A stretch of DNA of 64,000 nucleotides from Methanomassiliicoccaceae archaeon (GCA_040776945.1 JAXGZN010000001.1:473545-537544); one strand, 5' to 3'. Counted from the stretch's first letter, positions 25,609 through 34,924 are shown. The notes: generated from the letters alone by a model not told the origin. Made by a program: numbers and translations.

Positions 25609-26199
25609 ATGATATCCCGCCTGGCCTATGGCCGCCGGCTCACGTTCGGCGCCGGAGGGAACCTCAGCCTCCGGCTGGACGACACGACAGCGCTCATCAC
25701 CCCCTCGGGAGCGATAAAGGGGCTGCTCACGCCAGAACAGATGATCAGGGTCGACATCGGCACGGGCAGAGCGGAGACGGGAAGGCCGTCGATGGAGACA
25801 CCTTTCCACATGGGGATCTACCGCGCCCGCCCGGACGTAGGGGCGGTCGTCCACCTCCATCCGACGGCGTGCACCGTTCTAGCGGTGATGCGCCGCGCGC
25901 TCCGGCCTGCCATCACGCCCGAGGGAGTTTTGGTGCTGGGCGACCTCGTCCCCTTGATCGGCTACGCCGGCCCAGGCACGACGGAGCTGGCCGACAATAT
26001 CGTCAGGCAGCTTGGAAAGGCCAACGCCTGCCTGCTGGAAAGCCATGGGGCGCTGGCGGTGGGGATGGACATCATAGATGCGTTCGGGCGGATGGAAACG
26101 CTGGAGTACATCGCCTCCCTCCAGCTCCGCTGCGAGGCGCTGGGAGATTTGGAGGAACTGCCTCCTCAGGAAGTGGCCAGGATGCTGTCCAAACAGTGA
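25609..26199 (+). CDS. class II aldolase/adducin-family protein (MtnB dehydratase or Ald2-type aldolase)
   Basis: GGNLSLRL, Zn ligands VVHLHP and ESHGALAVG are present. ATG at 25609 lies 30 nt after the mtnA stop. The track extension overlaps mtnA out of frame. Confidence 0.8.
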   Translation: MISRLAYGRRLTFGAGGNLSLRLDDTTALITPSGAIKGLLTPEQMIRVDIGTGRAETGRPSMETPFHMGIYRARPDVGAVVHLHPTACTVLAVMRRALRPAITPEGVLVLGDLVPLIGYAGPGTTELADNIVRQLGKANACLLESHGALAVGMDIIDAFGRMETLEYIASLQLRCEALGDLEELPPQEVARMLSKQ

Positions 26200-26383
26200 A
26201 CGTCCTGGCCTTGATGGCCGTCGCTCGACGATGCGCCCTCTTGGCCGCAATGCGCTCAAAGCTGATATCGAGAGCGGCCAGCCCGCTGACATGATCGGCC
26301 GATGCGCAGAGCGAGCGGGCGTCCGATCGCAGGGCGCTCGGATCTTGGCCTGTCTGCCGCTTGGGCAGGGGATCTCGCCTCAC

Positions 26384-26395
26384 GATAAATTGAAA
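26384..26395 (+). promoter_or_regulatory. TATA-like box (GATAAATTGAAA) for nop5
   Basis: It is about 32 nt upstream of ATG 26421, and GAGGTGA lies at 26410-26416. Confidence 0.4.
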
Positions 26396-26420
26396 TGGTC
26401 GCACCTAGTGAGGTGACGCG

Positions 26421-27545
26421 ATGATCCTGGTTACGAAGTGGTTCGGCGTCTTCCTTGTGGACAAGGAGAACCAGAGAGTGGTCCGCCACCATCTCTTCGA
26501 GAAGGACCCCAAGGCCATCGCCGCCAAGCTGGCCCTGGTCCAGAAAGGAGAGGTTCTTCCGGAGGAGGCGTCCATGGCCCAGAAGAGGATGCGGGTCGCG
26601 GAGCCGCGGCTGTCCTCCCTTGGAAAGCCGGAGTTCGTCGATTCCGCGTTCATCAAGCCCGAGGACTATGGCTTCTCGCCGCAGCTGATGCAGAAGGTCA
26701 TGGTCGAGCTGGGCAAGATCCGTACCCGAGAGCCACTCCCGGCCGACCGGTTCATCGTACAGGCCGTGAGGGCGCTGGACGATACCATCGAGATGATCAA
26801 CCTCACCAGCGAGCGGCTGCACGAGTGGTACGGCCTGCACTTCCCGGAGCTCGCCGACTACGCCAGAGAGGAAAGGTACGCCCGGCTCATCGCCGAAAAG
26901 GGATCTAGAGAGGCTGTGCAGGACGCGCTGGACCTCCATCTTGAGTCTGTGGGCTCGGAGCTGGAGGAGAAGGACCTGGAGATCGTCCGCGGCTTTGCCT
27001 CCTCGCTGCTACAGCTCTACGGAGAGAAATCAAGGCTGGAAGCTTACATCGCCGGGAGGATGGAGGAGGCGGCGCCAAATATCACATCCATTGTGGGCGC
27101 TAGCCTGGGGGCGAGATTGATCTCGATCGCCGGAGGCCTGAAGAGGCTGTCCCGGATGCCCGCTGGCACCGTCCAGTTGCTGGGAGCGGAGAAAGCATTG
27201 TTCGCTCATCTCCGACAAGGGAAGCGGCCACCGAAGCATGGGGTCATCTTCCAGCATCCCACCGTGCACCGGGCCCCTTATTGGCAGCGTGGGAACATCT
27301 CTCGCGCCATGGGCGGGAAGCTGGCCATTGCCTCTAAGGTCGATTACTTCAAGGGAGGGTTCATAGGGGACCGCCTCAACGAGGACATCGCCCGGCGGGT
27401 CGAGGAGATCATGAAGAAGTACCCTGAACCGCCCAAGAAGGAGCTGCGCCCCCGTCAGGACCGGCGGTCAGAGGGACAACGGCGGGGTCCGCCTCCCAAG
27501 GCAGGGAGGCCGCAGAGGTGGCAGGGGAAGAGGGACCTGCGATAG
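26421..27545 (+). CDS. nop5: C/D box sRNP core protein Nop5 (Nop56/58 family)
   Basis: It has an N-terminal WFGVFLVD, a coiled-coil middle, HFPELADY, ALFAHLRQGKRPPKHGVIFQHP and GKLAIASKVDYF, plus a basic Arg/Lys tail. Confidence 0.9.
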   Translation: MILVTKWFGVFLVDKENQRVVRHHLFEKDPKAIAAKLALVQKGEVLPEEASMAQKRMRVAEPRLSSLGKPEFVDSAFIKPEDYGFSPQLMQKVMVELGKIRTREPLPADRFIVQAVRALDDTIEMINLTSERLHEWYGLHFPELADYAREERYARLIAEKGSREAVQDALDLHLESVGSELEEKDLEIVRGFASSLLQLYGEKSRLEAYIAGRMEEAAPNITSIVGASLGARLISIAGGLKRLSRMPAGTVQLLGAEKALFAHLRQGKRPPKHGVIFQHPTVHRAPYWQRGNISRAMGGKLAIASKVDYFKGGFIGDRLNEDIARRVEEIMKKYPEPPKKELRPRQDRRSEGQRRGPPPKAGRPQRWQGKRDLR

Positions 27546-27604
27546 GGCGCCAACGCCTGCAACTAGTAACTGGCCGCTAATCTGGACAAGCTTGTTAAAA
27601 GCAA

Positions 27605-27614
27605 ACTATATAAG
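27605..27614 (+). promoter_or_regulatory. TATA box (ACTATATAAG) for aIF5A
   Basis: It is about 34 nt upstream of ATG 27644 in an otherwise GC-rich spacer. Confidence 0.5.
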
Positions 27615-27643
27615 CTGGCGGCGATTTCCCTCATTTGATATAT

Positions 27644-28027
27644 ATGTGGACACAGGCCGAGGTAAGGGAGCTCAAGGTAGGTCGCTACATGCTCATCGAT
27701 GATGAACCCTGCAAGATTCTTTCCATTGACACTTCCAAGCCCGGTAAGCACGGCGAGGCCAAGAGCCGCATCGACGCCGTAGGGCTCTACGACGGCAAGA
27801 AGCGGAGCGTGGTGCACCCAGTGAAGCACAAGGTGCAGGTGCCCATGATCGACAAGCGCAAGGGACAGATACTCCACATTGCCGGCGATGAGGCCCAGAT
27901 GATGGACCTGGAGACCTACGAGCAGTTCTCCCTTCCCATTGATGAGGAGCTCAAGGGGCAATTGAACCCCGGTGACGAGGTGCTCTACATGGTCGCGATG
28001 GGCAAGAAGAAGATCACCAAGGTGTGA
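27644..28027 (+). CDS. eif5a: translation initiation factor 5A
   Basis: It carries the hypusination loop [11 protein letters not shown] and an OB-fold C-terminus. ATG at 27644 is preferred over TTG at 27635. Confidence 0.9.
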   Translation: MWTQAEVRELKVGRYMLIDDEPCKILSIDTSKPGKHGEAKSRIDAVGLYDGKKRSVVHPVKHKVQVPMIDKRKGQILHIAGDEAQMMDLETYEQFSLPIDEELKGQLNPGDEVLYMVAMGKKKITKV

Positions 28028-28040
28028 GCTGGTCGTTACG

Positions 28041-28952
28041 ATGCCCACACCAGGAATAACCTTCCTGGGCGCCGACACCTCTTATCAGGCCTCCAGGTTC
28101 TGCGTCCTGGGCGTCCCGTTCGACCTCACTACCAGCTTTCGTCCGGGTGCCAGATCGGCACCCACCGCGGTCCGTGAGGCTTCCTATCATCTCGAGAGCT
28201 ACATGCTGGAGCACGGATTCGATCTTGGCGAAGCCGTCGTCCATGATATGGGCAATCTTCCAGACTTCGCCACCATCGATGATATGTTGGACGGAGTGAG
28301 GACGGCATCCGCTTTGATCGTTAAGGATGGGAAGTTCCCCATAATCCTGGGCGGCGAGCATACTGTAAGCGTCCCAGCCATAGAGGCCTTCGAGGACATT
28401 GGGGTCATCTTCATCGATGCGCACCTCAATTACAACGAGTCCGGAGTAGGACAGAGATACTGCCATGATACCGTTGTGCGTCGGGCGGCGGACCACGTTG
28501 GCAAGGACAATATGCTCGTCTTCGGCGTTCGTTCGATCTCCGAGGCCGAGCACGCTGAAGGCGGCCTCCCAGAGTACATCGACTCGTTCACCATAGCCCA
28601 GGAAGGCGTTGAAAAAGCTTTTAAGCGCGCCCTCAACATCATCAAGAAGGACAAGATCTACCTCAGCCTGGACGTGGACGGCCTTGACCCGGCGTACGCG
28701 CCGGCGGCGTCCATGGTGGAACCTTTCGGGTTGACCTCATTCGATGTCAAGCGCTGCATCAACATGTTAGGTCCCCGGCTGGTCGGCTTCGACCTTGTGG
28801 AGATATCGCCGCCCTATGATAAGGGGAACACCGCCGCTCTAGGCGCGAGGTTGGCGCAGGAAGCGATAGCGGTGGCCTGGAAGTATCGCCGGACGGAAAA
28901 GGAGAAGGAGAAGAAGGACTCGACCGGACCGCGCCCGTTCTGGAAGCGTTGA
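28041..28952 (+). CDS. speB: agmatinase (ureohydrolase/arginase family)
   Basis: GGEHTVS, FIDAHLN and LSLDVDGLDPAYAP (Mn-binding blocks) are present. ATG at 28041 lies 14 nt after the aIF5A stop. Confidence 0.85.
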   Translation: MPTPGITFLGADTSYQASRFCVLGVPFDLTTSFRPGARSAPTAVREASYHLESYMLEHGFDLGEAVVHDMGNLPDFATIDDMLDGVRTASALIVKDGKFPIILGGEHTVSVPAIEAFEDIGVIFIDAHLNYNESGVGQRYCHDTVVRRAADHVGKDNMLVFGVRSISEAEHAEGGLPEYIDSFTIAQEGVEKAFKRALNIIKKDKIYLSLDVDGLDPAYAPAASMVEPFGLTSFDVKRCINMLGPRLVGFDLVEISPPYDKGNTAALGARLAQEAIAVAWKYRRTEKEKEKKDSTGPRPFWKR

Positions 28953-28973
28953 TCCGACCCCCCTTGCGCACCA

Positions 28974-30320
28974 CTATATAAGGTCGCCCAGGACCTTCTC
29001 GCAATCCTCGGAGCGCCGGCGAGCATCCTCCTCGGTCCTGGCCTCAGAGTACACTCGGAACAGAGGCTCGGTGCCCGATGGCCTGACCAATGTCCAGCCA
29101 TCATCGAAGCATATCTTGACCCCATCTGTAGTGTCAACCCTCTGCGACGAATAGTACCGTACCAGGGCGGCGAGCACGGCCTCCTTGCGATCGTCCGGGC
29201 ACTCCATTTTCCGCTTGTCCTGGCTATACGCAGGTATGCGGTCCACAAGCTTGGACAGCGGACCGTCAGCGGCGACCACCTCGAGCATCTTGGCAACCGT
29301 CATCCCCCCATCCCGGCAATACTGGTGCTTGGGGAATATCAGCCCGCCGTTCTCCTCTCCACCGAAGACCGCCCCGATCTCGATCATCTTCCTCGCCACC
29401 ACTGGAGCGCCCACCCGGGTGTAAACGACGTTCCCGCCGGCTCTCCGGACGACGTCCTCGACGGCCATGGACGACGATACCGGCGTCACCACGGTGCCGC
29501 CTCCGTTCTCCCGGACCATCGCCTCGGCGATTATGGCCAGGGACTTGTCTCCGTACATGTATCGGCCCCTGTCGTCCACGAAGATGGTCCGGTCCGCGTC
29601 GCCATCGTGGGCAATGCCCATGTCCGCGCCGGTGTCCTTGACCATGATTATCAGGTCCCTGAGGTGGGATTCAACGGGTTCAGATGGATGCCCGGGGAAG
29701 GTACCCTGCGGGTTGCTGTTGAGAGTGATCGCACGGACGTTGAGGTCGTCCAGAAGCTGAGGGGCGGTCACCGCCCCGGCCCCGTTGGCGCAGTCAAGCA
29801 CCACGGTCAACCCGGCGCCCCGGATGGCGTCGGCGTCCACCAAGCGCTTAACCGACCCAAGGTAATCGTCCACCGCCCCGGTGGCCTGTCTCAGGTCACC
29901 GACGCCGCGCCAGTCCATGGTGCGGAAGCTCTTGCTGAAATAGAGCCGCTCGATCTCCTCTTCCTTGGTCCGAGGCATCTCCGTTCCATCGGAATCGACG
30001 CACTTGATCCCGTTGAACTCCGGAGGATTGTGCGAGGCAGTGATCATCACTCCGCCCGCAAGGCCATTGTTCTTCACGTAATGCTGCACCACTGGCGTTG
30101 GCACCAGACCGAGGTCGAGGACGTCTGACCCGGCGCTCATGATCCCCGCGGACACCGCGCTCTTGATCATGGTGGCGGAGGTTCTGGAGTCGTTGCCCAC
30201 GGCCACCTGGCCGCCCATGAACGTTCCGATGGCCTTACCCAGGTCCATGGCCAACTGGACGTTCATGTCCTTGTTGATCACTCCCCTCACCCCGTTGGTG
30301 CCGAACAACCTCTCCGCCAT
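28974..30320 (-). CDS. glmM: phosphohexomutase (phosphoglucosamine mutase / phosphomannomutase family)
   Basis: LFGTNGVRG, the active-site loop ITASHNPPEFNGIK, and GIAHDGDADR are present. ATG at 30320 is preferred. Confidence 0.85.
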   Translation of the reverse strand: MAERLFGTNGVRGVINKDMNVQLAMDLGKAIGTFMGGQVAVGNDSRTSATMIKSAVSAGIMSAGSDVLDLGLVPTPVVQHYVKNNGLAGGVMITASHNPPEFNGIKCVDSDGTEMPRTKEEEIERLYFSKSFRTMDWRGVGDLRQATGAVDDYLGSVKRLVDADAIRGAGLTVVLDCANGAGAVTAPQLLDDLNVRAITLNSNPQGTFPGHPSEPVESHLRDLIIMVKDTGADMGIAHDGDADRTIFVDDRGRYMYGDKSLAIIAEAMVRENGGGTVVTPVSSSMAVEDVVRRAGGNVVYTRVGAPVVARKMIEIGAVFGGEENGGLIFPKHQYCRDGGMTVAKMLEVVAADGPLSKLVDRIPAYSQDKRKMECPDDRKEAVLAALVRYYSSQRVDTTDGVKICFDDGWTLVRPSGTEPLFRVYSEARTEEDARRRSEDCEKVLGDLI

Positions 30321-30324
30321 CACA

Positions 30325-31011
30325 TCACCGGACCTTGTGGGCATCGGAAGTGATCAGGATGTGTATAATGTCAGCGACGTCCTTGCAGGAGTCGGAGGCG
30401 TTCTCGATGCCATGGAGCATGTCTCTCAGGAGGAACACCGCCCGGGGATCTATGTCCGAGAACAGGATCTCCTTCTTGGTGACGAAGTACAGCTCGTCGA
30501 GAACATGCTCCAGCCTCTCGACCTCTCGGGAGTGTCTTTCCGCCTTCTCGTCGTTGATGCCGAGGTTCTCTATGCTGGCCCTAAGCTCCTTGGTGGCCCG
30601 CTCCAGCTCGATGGTCATCTCGTGATAGTGGGACCAAAGGCTGCAGGGCACCTTGACCCCGGCCTCTAGGATGAGCTGCAGGTTCATTCCCGCTTCCTTG
30701 GACCAGTCGGCGATGTAGTCCATTCGGCGGACCAGACGCATCAGGTCCTCCCGTTCCTTGGGCTCCATGTCCCCCTTGCTCAGCTCCATGCTCATCCTCT
30801 CCTCGAGGCTGTCCGCTTCCTGCTCTAAGAGCAGCATGCGGTTCAGGGCCTCCATGGCCTTTGCCGGGTCCGAGCCGCACAGGGCGGTGACAGCCTTGTT
30901 CAGTTCGGAGGTCGCGTCCCCTACCGCGCGCACATGGTCTCGTATGCCGCTCATGACCATCGACTCTCGGCGTTTGCCAAACCATTCCAGCAACGATTTC
31001 CTTTCATTCAA
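30325..31011 (-). CDS. DUF47 / PhoU-like (TIGR00153-type) protein
   Basis: It has a two-repeat helical pattern with LEQEADSLEERM and VRRMDYIADWSKEA / VLDELYF...GIENASDSCKDVAD, typical of PhoU-like DUF47 proteins. Confidence 0.65.
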   Translation of the reverse strand: MNERKSLLEWFGKRRESMVMSGIRDHVRAVGDATSELNKAVTALCGSDPAKAMEALNRMLLLEQEADSLEERMSMELSKGDMEPKEREDLMRLVRRMDYIADWSKEAGMNLQLILEAGVKVPCSLWSHYHEMTIELERATKELRASIENLGINDEKAERHSREVERLEHVLDELYFVTKKEILFSDIDPRAVFLLRDMLHGIENASDSCKDVADIIHILITSDAHKVR

Positions 31012-32089
31012 GCTTGATCGCCTCTTGCACGCCCTCGGGCGGTCTAGGGTAAAGTGTTCCCGACCTCTTGGACCAGATAAGGTCCACGCGGTCGCCTATA
31101 TTATAGTCTCGGTCCTCGGATGTGCTGACATCGAAGTTGACCCGATCCTCGCTGTCGGTGTCCACCGTGATACGGATATAGGTGCCCATGAAGGTGATGC
31201 TCCTAACTACGGCCCTCATGCCCTGTGAGGCGGGATGCACTCTCTCTGGCCGTATGGACAATATCACCGCGTCACCCCGCCTGAACGACGACGGTCTTGC
31301 TTCCACCACTGTGCCGTCCCTCAGCTCGACCAGGGTGCGGTCCTCCAATATCTCACGCACCGTGCCCTCCAGTAGGTTGGTCTCCCCCACGAAGTTGGCG
31401 GTGAACAGGTGCTTCGGCGCGAGATATAATTGCTCTGGGGTGTTCGCCTCCACTATCTGGCCGTTGCGCATCAGGACTATGCGGTCGGACACTGTCATGG
31501 CCTCCTCCTGGTCATGGGTGACGTGAATGACGGTGAGCCCAAGGTCCTTGGTGATCCTCCTGAGCTCATAACGCAGGTCCATGCGGACCCTGGCGTCCAG
31601 CGCGGAAAGGGGCTCGTCCAGCAGGAGGAGCTTTGCGCCTGAGGCCAGCGCCCGGGCCAGAGAAACCTTCTGTTGCTCCCCACCGGACAGTTCCCCGGGG
31701 AACATGTTCATTCGGTCCAGGAGCTTGACCAGCTCAAGATATCGGCGAGGCACCTCCTCGATGTCCCGCACATCCATGTCCTTTACGATGGGGCCGTAGG
31801 ATACGTTGCCCAATGCGTTTAGGTGGGGGAAGAGGGCGATGTTCTGGAAAACATACCCGATGTCCCTCTCCTCTATAGGCACGCCCTTCATGTCCCTGCC
31901 GCCTATGAGCACTGAGCCCTCTGAGGGCTCGATTATCCCCGCGATCATCCGTATCAGCGTCGTCTTCCCGCATCCAGAAGGCCCCAGGATGGTGAGATAT
32001 TCCCCATCGGCGATCTTGAGGTCGATGTTCCGGGAGGCGACCACCTTCCCGAAGCGTTTCCCGATCCCCCGGAGCTCGACCTCAGGCAT
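31004..32089 (-). CDS. ABC transporter ATP-binding protein with C-terminal TOBE-like domain
   Basis: It has Walker A GPSGCGKTT, signature LSGGEQQKVSLARAL, Walker B LLLDEP and H-loop VTHDQ, plus a C-terminal beta-rich domain of about 120 aa. Confidence 0.9.
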   Translation of the reverse strand: MPEVELRGIGKRFGKVVASRNIDLKIADGEYLTILGPSGCGKTTLIRMIAGIIEPSEGSVLIGGRDMKGVPIEERDIGYVFQNIALFPHLNALGNVSYGPIVKDMDVRDIEEVPRRYLELVKLLDRMNMFPGELSGGEQQKVSLARALASGAKLLLLDEPLSALDARVRMDLRYELRRITKDLGLTVIHVTHDQEEAMTVSDRIVLMRNGQIVEANTPEQLYLAPKHLFTANFVGETNLLEGTVREILEDRTLVELRDGTVVEARPSSFRRGDAVILSIRPERVHPASQGMRAVVRSITFMGTYIRITVDTDSEDRVNFDVSTSEDRDYNIGDRVDLIWSKRSGTLYPRPPEGVQEAIKLE

Positions 32090-33141
32090 CAGTCCACCCT
32101 CAGCTCGCGCTCCAGCCCGCCCTCTGGGTACGGGAACACCGACGCTTTCCGCACGCTCCAGTTGAGCCCTATCTCGTCACCAACCGCCACCTGGTCGCGC
32201 CTGGTGGCCGGCAGCTTCACGGAGTAGCGCCCCAGCCCGGGGACGTCGACGTCCAAGTGCACGATGCGGCCCTCGAACAAGGCCCTCTCCACCGTCCCGG
32301 TCAGGAAGGCATCGCTCTTCTTCACCACCCTGGTGTTGCCGATCTTTACCGCCACCACCACCTTGGAATCAGCGGGCAGGGCGCATGGCCGGGCGAACAC
32401 TACGCGCCCGTCCTCGTCATGCACGGTGGTCGTCCGGTCGTTGCCGGAGCACAGCACCGAGCCGGTGAAGAAGTTGGACTGCCCGACGAAGTTGGCCACG
32501 AAGGGCGTTGCCGGACTATCGAAAACCTCTCGGGGAGTGCCTATCTGGATGATGCGGCCGTTGCGTATGACCGCGATCCTATCGGCCATCACCAGAGCCT
32601 CCTCCTGATCGTGGGTGACGTGAATGACGGTGAGCCCCAGGGCCTTGGCCATGGACCGTAGCTCGTACCGGAGGTCGATCCTCAGTCTGGCATCAAGGGC
32701 CCTCAGGGGCTCGTCCAATAGCAGAACGTCTGGGTTAGTGGCCAGGGCCCTGGCCAGCGCGCTCCTCTGCTGCATCCCTCCGGAAAGCTCGCGTGGATAG
32801 GCGTCCGCCCGCTTGGTCAGGCGGACAAGGTCCAACAGCTCGACGAGCGTCCGCTTCCTGATGTCCTCGGGCACCTTCCGGATCTCCGGCCCGAACATGA
32901 CGTTCTCGGCCACGGTCATGGTCGGGAACAGCGAGTATGTCTGCGACAGCAACACTGCGCTGCGCTCCTCCGGCTCAAGGTCGGTGACATCCCGCACGTC
33001 CAGGAATACCTGCCCTGAGTCCGGGCGGGTCAGGCCGGCGATTATCCTCAGGGCGGTCGTCTTGCCGGCCCCGGTGGGTCCCAGAAGGCAAAGGTACTCG
33101 CCGTCCTCCACCATGATCTCTAGGTCATCTGCGGCGATCAC
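32089..33141 (-). CDS. second, distinct ABC transporter ATP-binding protein with TOBE-like domain (true start unresolved)
   Basis: It has Walker A GPTGAGKTT, signature LSGGMQQRSALARAL, Walker B LLLDEP and VTHDQ. The track start is GTG at 33141, but ABC-like sequence (SITLRKINKRFGD) continues in frame up to the permease stop at 33187-33189. Confidence 0.85.
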   Translation of the reverse strand: MIAADDLEIMVEDGEYLCLLGPTGAGKTTALRIIAGLTRPDSGQVFLDVRDVTDLEPEERSAVLLSQTYSLFPTMTVAENVMFGPEIRKVPEDIRKRTLVELLDLVRLTKRADAYPRELSGGMQQRSALARALATNPDVLLLDEPLRALDARLRIDLRYELRSMAKALGLTVIHVTHDQEEALVMADRIAVIRNGRIIQIGTPREVFDSPATPFVANFVGQSNFFTGSVLCSGNDRTTTVHDEDGRVVFARPCALPADSKVVVAVKIGNTRVVKKSDAFLTGTVERALFEGRIVHLDVDVPGLGRYSVKLPATRRDQVAVGDEIGLNWSVRKASVFPYPEGGLERELRVD

Positions 33142-33186
33142 ATCGCCGAACCGCTTGTTGATCTTCCGAAGAGTGATGCTGGGCGT

Positions 33187-34848
33187 TCAGATCGCCTCCT
33201 TCCTCTTCTTGGTCAAGTAGCGCAGCATCAGCATGAAGACATACGATACGATGATGAGGACGATGCATGCCAGCCCAGCTTGGAAGAAGGCGTCCGAGCG
33301 CACCAAGGATACGATGAACACCGGCGCGGTCGGAGCATCGTTTCCCAATATGGCCTGCGTCGCGCCTGTTTCGCCCAGGCTTCGGGTGAACGCCATGATG
33401 GCCCCAGCAAGGATAGATCCCTTGATAAGAGGGTAGAGGACGCGGCGGAAGGACTGGGTGGGGCTTGCGCCCAGTGTCCTGGCGGTCTCCTCATAGGACG
33501 GGTCTATCTCCTCCACCGCCCCGGCGACGTTCCTGACCACCAGAGGGTATGTGAACGCGACGTGGGCAAGTATCAATATTATGAGCTCAAGCTCTCCGAG
33601 AGAGCCGGCCGAGCCCCAAAAAAGGCTGAGAGATATCCCCAAAGCGGCGGTGGGCACGATGAGCGGGACGTTCACTAGCACATCCAGAACATGTGAGGAA
33701 CGGCGTTCCCGGTTCTTCGAGATGTGCATTGCGAACGGTATCCCCAATGCGATATCTATCAACGTGACGATGCCGGCGACGAGGAAAGAGATGCCCAGGG
33801 CATGGAAGAACTGACCCCACTCCACTTCCTGGGGGGAGGAGAACAGGACATAGGTGAAGATGAAGAACGACGGCACCAGGACGATCATCGCCAGGAAGAA
33901 CAGCGCGGTGCCGTCCTTCAACTTCGGAAATACGCCGCGGCTGAGCATCTTCTCCGGCATCGGCCACACTCTGCGCATCGGAAGATGAAGCTTCATGATG
34001 ATGAGCTTGAGGATCACCAAGAGCACGAGCGCCAGGACTATGAGCAGTATGCTCACGAACGCCAGCGCCGGCATATAGCTGGGATCGGAGAAGGACAGCG
34101 TCCTCCAGTCGCCTATTAGCGTCGGTCCGGTGGCGAAACCGCTCGCCAACGGGTTCCCCAGGCGGTTCATGGTGCTCAAGGCGATCATCGTTCCACCGGT
34201 CTCGCTCATGCTGCGCGAGAAACACAATATGACGCCGGTGGCCAGGCCTGCACGGAACAGCGGCAGGGTTATAGTGCGGGCGGCGGTGAGACGACTCGCC
34301 CCCAGCGTCCTTCCGGCGGTCTCGTAGGTCTCGTCGATCTCTTCCAAGATGGCCGCCAGGGATCGGACCATGTATGGATAGGAGAACACCACGTGCAGCA
34401 GGACGATGAGGACGAAGGGCGAGGATATCAGGGAGATGGAGAAGGGAGGCGGAGAGGGGTCGGCGACCCAGAAGATCGCCGCAGAGAAACCAAGGGCGGC
34501 GGTAGGCACTACCAACGGCATATCGATCAAGGTATCAAGGAGCTCCTTTCCCTTGAACTCCTTCCTTGCCAACATCCATGCTATGGGCAGTCCGGCAAGA
34601 AAGTCGATCACCGTTACTATCGCGGCGATGGCGAAAGATGCGATGATGGCGTCCCATATGATGCTCATCATCTCCGGATCGCTGAGGACCGTGAGGCTGA
34701 TCGCTTTCCAGTCAGTGAATGCGTAGGTGACAACGTACACCGTCGGCAGGATGACGAAAAACAGGAAGAAGGCGATGATGAATAGGCTCCATCCCTTGCG
34801 GAACTCCTTCCGGTTGACGAGCTCTAGGAACTGGTCCAGTCGATTCAT
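33187..34848 (-). CDS. ABC importer permease with two fused binding-protein-dependent TMD halves (FbpB/ThiP-like architecture)
   Basis: It is 553 aa with about 12 TM helices and two EAA-like loops (FSRSMSETGGTMIAL and FTRSLGETGATQAIL). Confidence 0.85.
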   Translation of the reverse strand: MNRLDQFLELVNRKEFRKGWSLFIIAFFLFFVILPTVYVVTYAFTDWKAISLTVLSDPEMMSIIWDAIIASFAIAAIVTVIDFLAGLPIAWMLARKEFKGKELLDTLIDMPLVVPTAALGFSAAIFWVADPSPPPFSISLISSPFVLIVLLHVVFSYPYMVRSLAAILEEIDETYETAGRTLGASRLTAARTITLPLFRAGLATGVILCFSRSMSETGGTMIALSTMNRLGNPLASGFATGPTLIGDWRTLSFSDPSYMPALAFVSILLIVLALVLLVILKLIIMKLHLPMRRVWPMPEKMLSRGVFPKLKDGTALFFLAMIVLVPSFFIFTYVLFSSPQEVEWGQFFHALGISFLVAGIVTLIDIALGIPFAMHISKNRERRSSHVLDVLVNVPLIVPTAALGISLSLFWGSAGSLGELELIILILAHVAFTYPLVVRNVAGAVEEIDPSYEETARTLGASPTQSFRRVLYPLIKGSILAGAIMAFTRSLGETGATQAILGNDAPTAPVFIVSLVRSDAFFQAGLACIVLIIVSYVFMLMLRYLTKKRKEAI

Positions 34849-34924
34849 TGCTCAGCCCTGCAGGTCTCAGCTCCGGTAGAGGATGGAGCGATAAATAACT
34901 AATGACCGCGCCACGGCCTCATCA

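Noticed and set aside
26200-26383. C/D box sRNA or small ORF in the GC-rich gap upstream of nop5 (also looked in 3075-3297 and 3682-4135)
   Set aside because: UGAUGA-like and CUGA words occur, but not with the C - about 12 nt - D' / C' - about 12 nt - D spacing of archaeal C/D sRNAs. The candidate 61-codon ORF has only moderate GC3 and no start signals.
26256-26939. 227-aa minus-strand ORF opposite nop5
   Set aside because: It is a shadow frame. It has no family resemblance, and Nop5 on the plus strand is unambiguous.
33187-33189. Selenocysteine or other recoding at the in-frame TGA between permease and ATPase
   Set aside because: I saw no SECIS-like structure and there is no biochemical rationale for Sec at a domain junction. 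It is kept only as one of several explanations in the finding.
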